DNA of 64,000 nucleotides from an uncultured Nitrospirales bacterium (GTDB lineage Bacteria; Hydrogenedentota; Hydrogenedentia; Hydrogenedentales; CAILVY01): NCBI GenBank assembly GCA_964474205.1, contig CAYYRW010000004.1, positions 67,050 to 131,049 of the forward strand, read 5' to 3'. Shown piece by piece: positions 1 to 9,978 of this stretch (position 1 is its first letter; each line of letters starts with the position of its first letter). The notes under the pieces were generated by a model. It saw only the letters and a program-made list of their open reading frames with translations, ran no database searches and was not told where the DNA came from. The position numbers and the translations under genes were made by a program.

Positions 1-50
1 CCCACGGCCAAACCCGGGGACGGCTTTGATCGTGCCACCCGGACAAGAAG

Positions 51-88
51 GAAACCGGCGGCGGGGTTTCCCTCGCCGCCGGCGTTTC
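51..88 (-). terminator. GC-rich imperfect hairpin just downstream of the pilin-like gene stop; candidate intrinsic terminator
   Basis: gaaaccggcggcgggg-ttt-cccctcgccgccggcgtttc gives a stem of about 17 bp with a 2-nt bulge and a TTT loop. On the minus strand it is followed by moderately T-rich cttcttgt. Sits 20-60 nt beyond the stop at 110. Confidence 0.35.
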
Positions 89-109
89 ACGCGGTCTTAG
101 TGGTTAGGC

Positions 110-556
110 TCAGCTCGTCTGGCCAATCGGTGTCGAGGCCGCATCGGCCGCCGCACCCACGGCATACCGAATCACGCCGCTCGCGTCCACGAAGAACCCC
201 TTGCTGCCCGTCTGGTTCATCGTTTCCGGGTCCGCATTGGCGCTGAAGTTCGCGGCGGTGCCGCCCATCGTGTAGGTGTAGCCGCTCTTCGGCGCACCCC
301 ACGCGCCTTCCAGATACGCCGGGGCGCCGGCGGCCGGCGGAGTGGTCAACGCATCAAAGGTGACGGCGTACTGATAATTCGCCGAATGATAGGCCACTTC
401 CGCGCCGCAAATCGTGCGCAGGTTGCCGATGGCCGCCGATTCGTTGGACTGCATCCGCGAACGCAGCAGGTTCGGAATGGCAATCGCCGCGATAATCGCG
501 ATAATCGCTACTACGATCATCAGTTCAATCAGGGTAAAACCGGTTTTCTTACTCAT
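110..556 (-). CDS. Type IV pilin / T2SS pseudopilin-like protein (prepilin-type N-terminal cleavage/methylation domain)
   Basis: N-terminus MSKKTGFTLIELMIVVAIIAIIAAIAIPNLL has the class III signal: G|FTLIE with Glu at +5, followed by a hydrophobic helix. About 148 aa; C-terminal region is Gly/Ala/Thr-rich, typical of pilin globular domains. Confidence 0.85.
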   Translation of the reverse strand: MSKKTGFTLIELMIVVAIIAIIAAIAIPNLLRSRMQSNESAAIGNLRTICGAEVAYHSANYQYAVTFDALTTPPAAGAPAYLEGAWGAPKSGYTYTMGGTAANFSANADPETMNQTGSKGFFVDASGVIRYAVGAAADAASTPIGQTS

Positions 557-881
557 AGGCTCTTCCTCCTCGAATTGGGTTGTGGTTTAAGGCGTTCGCC
601 GCTGGGCGCCGCCTTCTTTGCTTCAACTTACGCCCAATAAAAAAGCAACTTCCGTACCAATCCCAAAACTGCTCTATACCCCGCCAAAACCATAGGAAAT
701 CGAGTTTTCAGACCCTAAAACTCCTCTGTTACGCCTCTTTTTGTCTCCGGTTTAGGTCATCCAGCGACATTTTTTGTCACTCGATTTCCGCCATGCGCTT
801 GATTCGCCGGTGGCCGCTTGGCAGAATGATCGGTATACTTATGCTTCATCTTGTTTTGACACGGTAAAGGAGGGTAGGAAC

Positions 882-1991
882 TTGGGCTTCACAACCGCGT
901 TGATCGCCTTGGTGGTGATTATCCTGTTAAATATTCTGGTCAACCGCATCGCCGCCGCCGCGCTCACGTTTACCGGCATGTCCCGCGAGATGGCGAAGTT
1001 TCAGGCCCGTTCGGCGTTCAGCCTCTGCGGCTACACTACGAATGAAGCGGAGAACATGGTGAACCATCCCGTGCGGCGGCAAATCGTCAGCCTGCTGATG
1101 TTTTTCGGGAGTGTGGGCTTTATCGGCATGGTGGCGGCCACCTTGGGGGCTTTTTCCGCGCAAAGCGAAACGCCTTCCAGCGTGCGGTTCGGGTTTTTGA
1201 TAGCCCTGTTTATCCTGTTGTGGTTTGTGGGCACGAGCAAGTGGGTGGACGATCTCATGTTCCGCGCGATCAGTTGGGCGCTGCGCCGCTTCACCCAACT
1301 CGAGGTGCACGACTTCGTCAATCTCCTTCAATTGGGCGCGGGATACAACGTGACCGAACTGGCCATCGAGCCCGGGGACTGGCTGGTGGGCCGCCGGCTG
1401 GATGAACTGCGGCTTTCGGATATCGGGATCAACGTGCTGGGGATTCATCGGAGCAACGGGGAATTCGTGGGCACGCCGGTGGGGAGCACATATATCCGCC
1501 GGGACGATCAGCTTATCGTGTATGGCGCCCGGGACCAAATCCTCGACCTGGACCGCCGCAAGGGCGATCCGGGCGAAGGGGCGCGGCACTGGGCCATGGT
1601 GGAAGAGAAACGCTCCCAATGGAAAAAGGAAGCGGATGCGCGCGGCGAGGGCTACGGGGTTACCGAAATTATCGTGCGGCAAAAAAGCTGGTTGGTCAAC
1701 AAGCAGCTCAGCGAGGTGCGGCTGGGCGATGCCGGCGTTACCGTGCTGGGCATCAAGCGCGAACATGGCGGATATCTGGGCGCGCCCACCGGCCACAGCC
1801 ACATTCGCGGAGAAGACACCCTGGTCGTATATGGGGCCTTCGAGGATATCGCGGCCCTGGATGATTTGATCCGCGATCCGGAGGGGGAGCAGAAACATCT
1901 TGAACGCGCGGCGGCGAAACGCGCGGCGCGCCATCAATCCCTCGACGCCAGCCAGATTCGCTATGCGGCGGAAATATCCGGAGAGCATTGA
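882..1991 (+). CDS. Membrane protein with tandem TrkA-C (RCK_C) domains; putative ion-transport or regulatory protein
   Basis: Two repeated about 70-aa blocks, GYNVTELAIEPGDWLVGRRLDELRLSDIGINVLGIHR...DDQLIVYG and GYGVTEIIVRQKSWLVNKQLSEVRLGDAGVTVLGIKR...EDTLVVYG, match the TrkA_C fold. N-terminal hydrophobic segments precede them. The six-frame ORF begins at 774, but AAGGAGG at 868-874 followed by TTG at 882 (LGFTTALIAL...) is the more plausible start. Confidence 0.7.
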   Translation: MGFTTALIALVVIILLNILVNRIAAAALTFTGMSREMAKFQARSAFSLCGYTTNEAENMVNHPVRRQIVSLLMFFGSVGFIGMVAATLGAFSAQSETPSSVRFGFLIALFILLWFVGTSKWVDDLMFRAISWALRRFTQLEVHDFVNLLQLGAGYNVTELAIEPGDWLVGRRLDELRLSDIGINVLGIHRSNGEFVGTPVGSTYIRRDDQLIVYGARDQILDLDRRKGDPGEGARHWAMVEEKRSQWKKEADARGEGYGVTEIIVRQKSWLVNKQLSEVRLGDAGVTVLGIKREHGGYLGAPTGHSHIRGEDTLVVYGAFEDIAALDDLIRDPEGEQKHLERAAAKRAARHQSLDASQIRYAAEISGEH

Positions 1992-2815
1992 ACATGCCCC
2001 TGTTGAAGGATCTGGACGCATTTCTGCTCGATATGGACGGCACCATGTGCGTTGGGCGGCAATCCATCCCCGGGGCCGCGGAATTTGTCCAATTTCTGCG
2101 GGCCACGAAACGCCGCTACCTTTTTTTCACCAACAATCCCACGGGGAATGCCGAACAGAACAGCGACAAACTCTGCCGCATGGGCATCCACGCCGCGCCC
2201 GAAAACATCTTCACGGCCGGTGAGGCCACCATTGCTTATATTAAGCTGCACACCGCGTTCCGGCGCGTGTTTGCCTTGGCCACGCCTTCCTTCGAGGAAG
2301 AACTCCGTCAGGCCGGTATCGAAGTCACGGACGCGGAGCCGGAAGCGGTGGTGCTGGCTTTTGACAAGACCCTCACGTATGCCAAACTTGAAACCGCCTG
2401 CCTGCTGCTGCGCAACGGCGTGCCTTATCTGGCCACAAACCCCGACAAAGTATGCCCGGAAATACACGGCTATATTCCGGACTGCGGTTCAATGGCGGCC
2501 CTCTTGGAAGCCGCCACCGGACGGACGCCCTTGTACCTGGGCAAGCCTAATCCGTGGATGGTCCGCATGGGGATGAGCAAGCTCTGCGCGGTGCCCGAAG
2601 AAACCGCCCTGGTCGGCGACCGCCTGTACACCGACATGGAAATGGCCTTTAACGCCGAAATCACCTCCATTCTGGTGCTCAGCGGCGAAACCCAGCCGGG
2701 CGACCTCGAGGACGCCCCCCGCCGCCCCGATTTTGTGTTTTCATCCGTCAAGGAACTCCATCACGCGTTCCGCGAGGAAAAGAATCGTCAAAAGGCGGGT
2801 CAGGGCAGTAGTTGA
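1988..2815 (+). CDS. HAD-superfamily hydrolase, subfamily IIA (NagD/p-nitrophenylphosphatase-like)
   Basis: Motif I FLLDMDGTM (DxDGT), LYLGKPNP and C-terminal GDRLYTDME motifs typical of HAD IIA sugar phosphatases. TTG at 1988 overlaps the upstream stop (TTGA); ATG at 1994 is an alternative start. Confidence 0.85.
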   Translation: MNMPLLKDLDAFLLDMDGTMCVGRQSIPGAAEFVQFLRATKRRYLFFTNNPTGNAEQNSDKLCRMGIHAAPENIFTAGEATIAYIKLHTAFRRVFALATPSFEEELRQAGIEVTDAEPEAVVLAFDKTLTYAKLETACLLLRNGVPYLATNPDKVCPEIHGYIPDCGSMAALLEAATGRTPLYLGKPNPWMVRMGMSKLCAVPEETALVGDRLYTDMEMAFNAEITSILVLSGETQPGDLEDAPRRPDFVFSSVKELHHAFREEKNRQKAGQGSS

Positions 2816-2970
2816 CCATGAATGGGAAACGAAGCGAAAAGCCAGGGACTGGTACAAGCGAGAGGGGCAAGTTTTTACTGCACGGTACTTTGAAAAAAAC
2901 GCACCCGCGGCCACGGTTCATTTCTTTGGGACGTGCAACCGTTTGCGGCTCGCCCCGGAGTACGGCGCGT

Positions 2971-4170
2971 TCACGTCCAGTGCCGGATAATTTCCAGCGC
3001 AAGTTTTCCGGCCTTTTCAAACCCGCAGGGGTGAAGCTGGCGGATGTCGTCCCGAGGCGTATGCACGGTCCGGCTGGCCTTGCCGAGGGAGAGCAGCGTC
3101 ATGGCGTCCAGATTCCGCCGCGCAAACGGAATATGATCAAAGAGCGCGCCTATAAGCCTGAACGGCGTTACATGAATCCCCGTGGCTTGGGCGGCTTCTT
3201 CCGTCAGGCGGACCAGTTCGCCCCGGGGTGTTTTCCCGCCGCGCCCGTCATAGGCCAGCCGCCCTTTAATGCCCACGCCATCGAAATTCAAAAAGAGCAA
3301 TTTCCGCTCCGCCGTGGCCGCCTTGAATTCCTCCCTGCGCCGCATCACGTGCGCCGATGCCCCCAGGAGGCACACCTCTTCGGCGCTCGTCAGCAAATAT
3401 GTAATCCGCAGCCCGGAGCGCAATTCCGGAGTTCTCGCGAGCACCTCCGCCAGATGCAGGACCACGCCGACCGCGGAGGCGTTGTCAATCGCGCCCGGTG
3501 ATTTGTTTCCGACAACATTGCATAGATGCGGCAGGCCGGACCCTATCACAATAAGCCCCATCAAAAACACGCCCGGCGTCAGGAAACTGAAAAAGGCCGC
3601 CAGGCAGGTAAGCAGGATGAATCCAAAGATGGACCCGAAAAGGGTCATGAACAGCACGGCCCGCACGGTAATGGGCAAAGGCTGGCTCTTGCTGTCGTAG
3701 TGCGCAATGAGGTAAAGATGTTTACAACCAAGGGAATCGGGCGCATCCTTGGGGGTTGCCACCAGATTCTGCGCCGCGTGCACCAGGCCCGCCCGCCGCA
3801 GGAGCCGCGTGCACCACGCCTCCGGATGCGTGTCCGGAATCAGCGACAGCCATTCCGACCCTTTCGTGATGAACGGCACCGCCACCAGCATGGCAAGCAA
3901 ACCGAGCGCGGCGGCGGGATAGGAAATCAAACGAAACAGCGAAAGCCCCGCCAGAACAATGGCCCCCAGCACTTGCAGCGCGAGCGCATAGTTGGCCGCG
4001 TTCCAGAAGTGAAAAAGCTCGCGTTCCACACGGCACCCCAACGATTCCAGTTGATTCGCGAGTTCTTCGCGCACCGCCGCTTCCCCGGCGGTTCCCACCA
4101 ACCGGGGCCGGGCTATGGCTTCGGCATAACGCAACGCCGTCCGCGGATCAAAACTCAACGACATGGACAA
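2971..4170 (-). CDS. M28-family zinc peptidase with N-terminal membrane-embedded region
   Basis: N-terminal half has multiple hydrophobic helices. C-terminal half has a peptidase_M28-like core (HYDS, SAEEVCLLGASAH, NFDGVG motifs). Confidence 0.65.
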   Translation of the reverse strand: MSMSLSFDPRTALRYAEAIARPRLVGTAGEAAVREELANQLESLGCRVERELFHFWNAANYALALQVLGAIVLAGLSLFRLISYPAAALGLLAMLVAVPFITKGSEWLSLIPDTHPEAWCTRLLRRAGLVHAAQNLVATPKDAPDSLGCKHLYLIAHYDSKSQPLPITVRAVLFMTLFGSIFGFILLTCLAAFFSFLTPGVFLMGLIVIGSGLPHLCNVVGNKSPGAIDNASAVGVVLHLAEVLARTPELRSGLRITYLLTSAEEVCLLGASAHVMRRREEFKAATAERKLLFLNFDGVGIKGRLAYDGRGGKTPRGELVRLTEEAAQATGIHVTPFRLIGALFDHIPFARRNLDAMTLLSLGKASRTVHTPRDDIRQLHPCGFEKAGKLALEIIRHWT

Positions 4171-4268
4171 ACCGCTCCCTCTCTCGCTCTCTCAACAGCA
4201 CATGGTGCAAGAGCATACCCGAAAGCACGGGCGGAATACCAGCCCCATTTTTGTGAACCGGTTGTTTC

Positions 4269-5636
4269 TTATTTGGGAGTGTCTTTCGGGGCGTTTTCCG
4301 CCATATAGGCTTCGATCATGCCAATCATTGTATCCCAGTTTTCGAGCGCGGCGGCATAGTCTTTTGCCGCGAACGCTTTCGCCGCGGCGGGCGCGAGACG
4401 GCCATGCACCTCCTGCCCAAACGCCGGTGCAAGCGTGAGGCTGTTCTTTTGGAGACACGCCTGCAGGCGGTTCAATGCATCCTGTGCTTTGAAGAAGGTT
4501 ATGTAGGCCTTGTCATAGGGGTCGTTGCCTTCATGCGGGCGGCGGTCTTTGCACGGCGGCAGCGCGGGAAACGGCGCATGCGGCTCCGCCTGATACCAAA
4601 AGGCCGTGCTTGAATAATCATTGGCGAAATTGTTGGCGTGGCCGTGTTCAAGTGTTACCCGGATGGATTTCGTAAAGCGGATGGGATCGGCCACATGCCA
4701 ACGGTACATCGACACCTTGCCTTGATACTCCGGATTGCCGATGACATGGAAACCGGTATAGGGCCCGGAGTATTCACTGTTCGGGCAGGCGCCGCCGCCG
4801 AAAATCTCCTCCGTGCCCGTACCATGGAACGAGGGCGGCCAGCCTTCCCCGTCAATGAAAATCATATCGTCCCCCTCGCCGTACCATCCGCCCGCCAAAT
4901 TGTCCACGTTCAGGAAATACCCCGCGAAATTGCCACGGCCCCGGGCGTCCAGAATCACATAGTTCTCCTTGCCATCCGTGTTCTTGCCATCGTGGATGGT
5001 CTCGTTGGGTTGGTCACCAATGGCCACCGTCGGGTTTTCACGCCGCCATTGCGCATGAAAATACCCAACGTCCCGCTTCACTTTCTTCAGCTTTTCATAA
5101 TCGATGTGATACCACACCGCGCCCACCGTGTGCGGCCCTTGATTGGTGAGCGTCATGCGCGCGCCCTTGCGGAACGGCATCGGGAAATACGTGTTGAAAC
5201 CGAGGGTGCCCGCGATGCCGCCCCCGCCCTCGTTCACCGTGACCATGAGGGAACGGAAGAAATGATTGCGCTCGTGCCCCAGCCCAAAGAAATCGCCAAA
5301 GGGCGCTTCCACGCTTGGCGTGGTTTCGTTATCCCAATACATCCGCAACACCAGGTCGCGGAGATAATGCGGCGGCCCGGCGATGGTGAAGTAGATGTGC
5401 CGGATGCATCCCGCGCCCTTGATATTGGCCAGCGTCAGCGTATGGCCGCTCTTGATGTTCTTGAAATCAACATTCCCCCCCGCCGCGTCGAAACTCGAAA
5501 TCCGCGCGGATTGGCCCTCGCTCAAGTGCATCAGGCCCGCGAAAAACTGGTCCTGCAACGGAGCATTGCCGGAGGCGGCACACGCCAGGCCGGTGAAAAG
5601 CGCCAGTGAAAGAAACAGAAAAAAGAACCGAAGCAT
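4269..5636 (-). CDS. Secreted DUF2961-like (GH172-like) protein
   Basis: Signal peptide MLRFFFLFLSLALFTGLACAAS with AAGGAGG 5 nt upstream of ATG at 5636 (ORF extends to 5672). Trp/Tyr/Gly-rich globular protein of about 455 aa, recalled as resembling the DUF2961 glycoside-hydrolase-like family. Family assignment is from memory only. Confidence 0.5.
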   Translation of the reverse strand: MLRFFFLFLSLALFTGLACAASGNAPLQDQFFAGLMHLSEGQSARISSFDAAGGNVDFKNIKSGHTLTLANIKGAGCIRHIYFTIAGPPHYLRDLVLRMYWDNETTPSVEAPFGDFFGLGHERNHFFRSLMVTVNEGGGGIAGTLGFNTYFPMPFRKGARMTLTNQGPHTVGAVWYHIDYEKLKKVKRDVGYFHAQWRRENPTVAIGDQPNETIHDGKNTDGKENYVILDARGRGNFAGYFLNVDNLAGGWYGEGDDMIFIDGEGWPPSFHGTGTEEIFGGGACPNSEYSGPYTGFHVIGNPEYQGKVSMYRWHVADPIRFTKSIRVTLEHGHANNFANDYSSTAFWYQAEPHAPFPALPPCKDRRPHEGNDPYDKAYITFFKAQDALNRLQACLQKNSLTLAPAFGQEVHGRLAPAAAKAFAAKDYAAALENWDTMIGMIEAYMAENAPKDTPK

Positions 5637-5919
5637 CGTTCCTCCTTTGGCCGGCCAAAACCGCGGCGCCAACCCTTCTTCCGTTCGCCCAAGTTGAAAT
5701 CCACTACTTCTTTATCATCACCAGCGTACAAACGCGCCAGGCGGCAAGTCAAATACTAAAAACAGACCTATCGGCAATTTCAGCCCTCACAGTGCCGTGA
5801 ATCAGGCGTCTTCCGGTTTTTTTGAACGCTCAGGAAGTAATCGCGCACAATAGGTGTTTATGGAATCAGTTCGGCGGCGGGATATGTTTCGTTGTGCTCA
5901 ATAAAAGCAGGAGGTTGTC

Positions 5920-7668
5920 ATGAGAAGATGGTTTTGGCGGCTGATGATGGCCTTGGCATGCGGCGTGTTCTGGATACGGCCGGCATTCGCACAGCCCGGC
6001 CTGGCCGAACCGAAGGTGGCGTATAAGGCCGTGCTCGAAACGGACGCCGCGCACCCGGGCGCCGAGGTGCGCGCGGTCTTTGTGTTTACCCTGGACAAGG
6101 GATGGCATGTCAATTCCAACAAGCCGCTGGACGAGTTTTCGATCCCCACCGAGTTTGCCCTCTCGGACACGCCCGGATTCACGGCGGCAAAGGTGGTCTA
6201 TCCGAAGCACAAGGTGGTCAAGTTAAGTTTTTCACCCGATTCCCTGGCGGTCTACGAAGCGGAATTCAGCATCGGCGTGGTGATTGCCATCGCGGATGGC
6301 ACTGAACCGAAGACGCATACGCTGAAAGCGCAGTTGCAGTATCAGGCCTGCAACGACAAGGCGTGTGCGCCGCCGAAAACGCTGGATATGGAATTCGCGG
6401 TGAAGGTGGTCCCCAAGGAACAGGCATTAACGCCGCAGGCCGCGGAGGTGTTCAAGACCCTGCCCTGGACCACGGAAGACCCGAAGAAACCGGAAACGGA
6501 AAAAAAAACTGACGCCGTAACGGAGGCCGGGGCCGTGGGGGACGATTGGCGCGCGCTGGCGGGGTCATTTCGGGAAACGGGGCGGTTGGCGGGGTATGCT
6601 TCAACCGGGGAATTTCTGGCGTTCCTGAAAAACGCCGAACAAGGCAAAAAATCTTCGGATGCCTTCGCGGATAAAAGCGTGTGGCTGGTATTGCTCCTGG
6701 TGCTGGGAGGCGGCCTGGCGCTCAATCTGACGCCCTGCGTATTGCCGTTGATCCCCATCAATATCGCCATCATCGGGGCGGGCGCGCGGGCGGGTTCGCG
6801 GGGGCGCGGATTTGCGCTCGGCGGTGTGTACGGCGCGGGAATAGCGGCCGTTTACGGCCTGCTGGGGCTGGTGGTGGTGCTGGGGGTGTCCAGTGCGTTC
6901 GGGGCAATCAATTCAACACCGTGGTTTAATGGCGGGATTGCCGTGCTGTTCATTATCCTTGCCCTGGGGATGTTCGAGGTGATCAATATCGACTTCTCGA
7001 AGTATCAGGCAAAGGTGGGGCTGCGCCGCAATGAAAAAGGCAGTTTTGCGATTGCCTTTATGATGGGCGCGATTTCCGCGCTGCTGGCGGGCGCCTGTGT
7101 GGCGCCTGTGGTGATTTACACCATCGTATATGCGCAGGACCTATACACCCAGGGTTCCTGGGCCGCCTTGCTCCTGCCGTTTCTGCTGGGCGTGGGCATG
7201 GCGCTGCCGTGGCCGTTCGCCGGCGCGGGGCTTTCCTTCCTGCCCAAACCCGGCGCATGGATGACCCGCGTGAAACAGGCCTTCGGCATATTCATCCTGG
7301 CCTTTGCACTGTATTACGGTCACTTGGCGTACACATTGTTTAGCGATCAGCATGGCGCGGACCGGAACGCGGTGGCAATGAGCGCCGCAGAAGACGAAGG
7401 CTGGATCAATGACTTGGCGGCGGGCCTGAAACAAGCCCAGGCGGAAAAGAAACCCGTAGTGCTCGATTTCTGGGCCACTTGGTGCAAGAATTGCCTGGTC
7501 ATGAACAAAACAACCTTGAAAGACCCTGCGGTGCGGGAGCAGCTTGGGGGATACGTGAAGATCAAATATCAGGCCGAAGACCCCAATGCGTCCCCGGTAA
7601 AGGAGGTTTGGGAACACTACAAATTACTGGGTTTGCCCACGTATATCCTGCTTCAGCCAATACCTTGA
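5920..7668 (+). CDS. dsbD: Thiol:disulfide interchange protein DsbD
   Basis: AGGAGG RBS precedes the ATG. Signal peptide and N-terminal DsbD-alpha domain. Central CcdA-like polytopic domain with CVLPLIP. C-terminal thioredoxin domain with WATWCKNC (CxxC). Confidence 0.9.
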   Translation: MRRWFWRLMMALACGVFWIRPAFAQPGLAEPKVAYKAVLETDAAHPGAEVRAVFVFTLDKGWHVNSNKPLDEFSIPTEFALSDTPGFTAAKVVYPKHKVVKLSFSPDSLAVYEAEFSIGVVIAIADGTEPKTHTLKAQLQYQACNDKACAPPKTLDMEFAVKVVPKEQALTPQAAEVFKTLPWTTEDPKKPETEKKTDAVTEAGAVGDDWRALAGSFRETGRLAGYASTGEFLAFLKNAEQGKKSSDAFADKSVWLVLLLVLGGGLALNLTPCVLPLIPINIAIIGAGARAGSRGRGFALGGVYGAGIAAVYGLLGLVVVLGVSSAFGAINSTPWFNGGIAVLFIILALGMFEVINIDFSKYQAKVGLRRNEKGSFAIAFMMGAISALLAGACVAPVVIYTIVYAQDLYTQGSWAALLLPFLLGVGMALPWPFAGAGLSFLPKPGAWMTRVKQAFGIFILAFALYYGHLAYTLFSDQHGADRNAVAMSAAEDEGWINDLAAGLKQAQAEKKPVVLDFWATWCKNCLVMNKTTLKDPAVREQLGGYVKIKYQAEDPNASPVKEVWEHYKLLGLPTYILLQPIP

Positions 7669-7699
7669 CTGCGGGAACATTTATTCCCCGCCGCGGACC

Positions 7700-8647
7700 T
7701 CAATGCCGGATGTCGAACATCCGCATGATGGCGGACATGCGCTTGCTGATGGGCGGCGCTCCCGGATACCGGATATACTCGACATGGCCGTCCATATACA
7801 GCACATTGCCGCCGCCCGGCACATGATTGAAATGCTTCACCTGCGGGGCCACATTGTCATACATCACAAAAATGCTGCTTTCGGCCTTGGCCGTTGCCGC
7901 GGGATTGTTAATGTCCGTGATTAGGTAGCGTTCGATGCCCTTGCGTGTGCGGTACACCGTGTCGCCGCCCCCATTCCCATTGCCGGGCGATACCGGGCAA
8001 TCCTGGTCCATAACCGAGCGCATTCCGGCGGATTCCGAAGCGAAGAAATGGGAGCGCATTACGGAGAAGAGGCTGTGGGAAGCGTCCAAAAGCTGTGCGG
8101 GACCTTTCGCAAATTCAATGCTGTCCTCTTCGGAAAGCCCCAGCATGTCCGCCACACCAAACAGCCGCATCGAGAAATCCCAGGGGTCGGTGTCCGACAC
8201 CCGATCCAGCACGTAGGGAATATAGGTATAGCTGGCGTCTATCGCCTCGACCCCTTCCTGACGGTTGCCATCCACCTTGTTTCCCAGCGTAAGTTTCCCA
8301 TCCGCCGTGGTGTGGTTCGCCAGGGTATCGGTGGCGTCGGACGGGCAAAACAGAATCGCCGGATCGGCCAGGTATTCCGGATATACCGCGTTGAACAACG
8401 GCCCCCAGGCAAAACAGGCGCGGTGGCCGCACCCCGGCTCCACTTCCAGCGGCGGATAGAAGTTGTTCCCGGCCTCGCCGGAATACATCGCGTAGACCAG
8501 GCCCCATTCCTTAAGATTATTTGCGCAAGAAGAACGCCGGGCCGCCTCCCGCGCACGGGCCAGCGCCGGCAACAACAACGAGGCCAATATACCGATAATC
8601 GCAATGACCACCAGCAACTCTATGAGGGTAAATCCGTGTCGTTTCAT
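7700..8647 (-). CDS. DUF1559 domain protein with prepilin-type N-terminal cleavage/methylation signal
   Basis: [29 protein letters not shown] followed by [22 protein letters not shown]-terminal ...[19 protein letters not shown] motif is characteristic of the DUF1559 (H-X9-DG) family that is expanded in PVC-superphylum genomes. Confidence 0.85.
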   Translation of the reverse strand: MKRHGFTLIELLVVIAIIGILASLLLPALARAREAARRSSCANNLKEWGLVYAMYSGEAGNNFYPPLEVEPGCGHRACFAWGPLFNAVYPEYLADPAILFCPSDATDTLANHTTADGKLTLGNKVDGNRQEGVEAIDASYTYIPYVLDRVSDTDPWDFSMRLFGVADMLGLSEEDSIEFAKGPAQLLDASHSLFSVMRSHFFASESAGMRSVMDQDCPVSPGNGNGGGDTVYRTRKGIERYLITDINNPAATAKAESSIFVMYDNVAPQVKHFNHVPGGGNVLYMDGHVEYIRYPGAPPISKRMSAIMRMFDIRH

Positions 8648-8680
8648 GCCGGGCTCCTGTTCGGGACGATGGATGATTGT

Positions 8681-9238
8681 CTATTGCCGGGGCGGCCTTC
8701 GCGGTCCATCCTCGCCGGGGGACCGCCGTGGCCGATCCAGGCGGCGCTGCCATTCCTGAATGCGTTTTTCAAACCGTTCTTTTTCCTCCGGGGTCATCTT
8801 GGCTTTCAGCGCATCCATGCGTTCCGGTGTCATCCAGCGTCCCGGGCCGCCCCGGCCACCGAATTGCCCCCGGTTCTCCTCCATGCGTTGCTGCTGTTCC
8901 GGGGTAAGGATTTTATTGATTTCCTCCCGCATGCCCCGACCGCGAAACCCGCCCGGACCCGGCCCGCCATCCCCTTCCGGCGGGCGTTGAGAAGCGAACA
9001 ATTCCGTGAGTTGACGGGTTTGATCATCCGTGAGGTCGAGGTCCTTCTTCATTTCCTCGACCCGCCGTTGCGCCTGAATTTCGTTCTGACGCTCCGGATG
9101 CGCCTCCAACTCCGAGGGACCCTGCGCAACGGTCCGATGGGTGAAATAATAAACCAGGAATCCCGCCCCCAGAACAAGGTAAACAACCCCAATCCCCGCC
9201 AAGGCATACTTTATCTTTTTACGGTTCAGCCACTTCAT
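8681..9238 (-). CDS. Periplasmic LTXXQ-motif protein (Spy/CpxP/ZraP-like envelope-stress chaperone family)
   Basis: Repeated LTDDQTRQLTELF, LTPEQQQRMEE and MTPEEKERFEK motifs; N-terminal TM/signal segment. GGAAAGGA RBS 8 nt upstream of ATG at 9238 (ORF extends to 9271). Immediately downstream of the sigma/anti-sigma pair. Confidence 0.65.
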   Translation of the reverse strand: MKWLNRKKIKYALAGIGVVYLVLGAGFLVYYFTHRTVAQGPSELEAHPERQNEIQAQRRVEEMKKDLDLTDDQTRQLTELFASQRPPEGDGGPGPGGFRGRGMREEINKILTPEQQQRMEENRGQFGGRGGPGRWMTPERMDALKAKMTPEEKERFEKRIQEWQRRLDRPRRSPGEDGPRRPPRQ

Positions 9239-9501
9239 CCGAAAATCCTTTCCGCCATGGAAACCGTCCACGGCTCACCCTTGAAGGTGCTCCTCAACCG
9301 GGCCAATGTTACACCCTGGGGAAAAAAACCTGCAACCCTATTATCATCGCTTAGTGTATCCCGGCCTTTTGTGGCAGTTTCCCCGTATGCCACGATTTAC
9401 GCACATCGTGATTCCGGGGGCTCCGCACCATGTGAACCTATCACCTTGGGCTCATTCTTGGTAGAACGCAAGGCGGATGGCGGCATCCGGCGGGCCGGCG
9501 A

Positions 9502-9966
9502 TTATGCGTTCCGCGGGTTCATCCGGTTCCGGTATTCTTCATCCAACCGGTCCTGATAGGTGTCGTCCCATTGGGCGGCGCGGTCCTCGAAGGATAAGCG
9601 CACGTTGTTATATACATGACGGGAATTGCGCAGGGTGAAGGGGGTTCCGCCCACCAGTAAAAGAGCCAGCATGGCGACGGCGAACCGTGGAATAAAAGCG
9701 TTGATCCTCAGTTTGGGCAGGAAGGCGATTATTTCTTGCACGGGCTCAATGGACGCCATGCGGGCGCGCAACACCTCAAACGAATAGGCGGGGCCGGGGC
9801 ACACGAGAAATTCATGGCAATCCTGGAGAAACCGTTTCGCTTCGGCAAGCTCATCGCGGCACGCCGGGCATTCCTTCAGATGCTCGTCCACCCACCGGCG
9901 TTCAGACGGGCGCAAATCGCCGTCCAGGTAACCGGTCAACCTGCTTTGTATCATTCTGCATTCCAT
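9502..9966 (-). CDS. Anti-sigma factor with zf-HC2 zinc-finger and one transmembrane segment
   Basis: N-terminal H-x3-C-x2-C motif (DEHLKECPACRDE), then the hydrophobic stretch AVAMLALLLVGG. Starts 13 nt after the ECF sigma gene. Confidence 0.8.
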   Translation of the reverse strand: MECRMIQSRLTGYLDGDLRPSERRWVDEHLKECPACRDELAEAKRFLQDCHEFLVCPGPAYSFEVLRARMASIEPVQEIIAFLPKLRINAFIPRFAVAMLALLLVGGTPFTLRNSRHVYNNVRLSFEDRAAQWDDTYQDRLDEEYRNRMNPRNA

Positions 9967-9978
9967 AAGGCCGTTCTC

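Noticed and set aside
87-302. 71-aa minus-strand ORF overlapping the pilin gene
   Set aside because: Alternative frame of the pilin gene region, Arg/Gly-rich, with no start signals.
2812-3501. 229-aa plus-strand ORF downstream of the HAD hydrolase gene
   Set aside because: Entirely antisense to the M28 peptidase gene, with a low-complexity translation.
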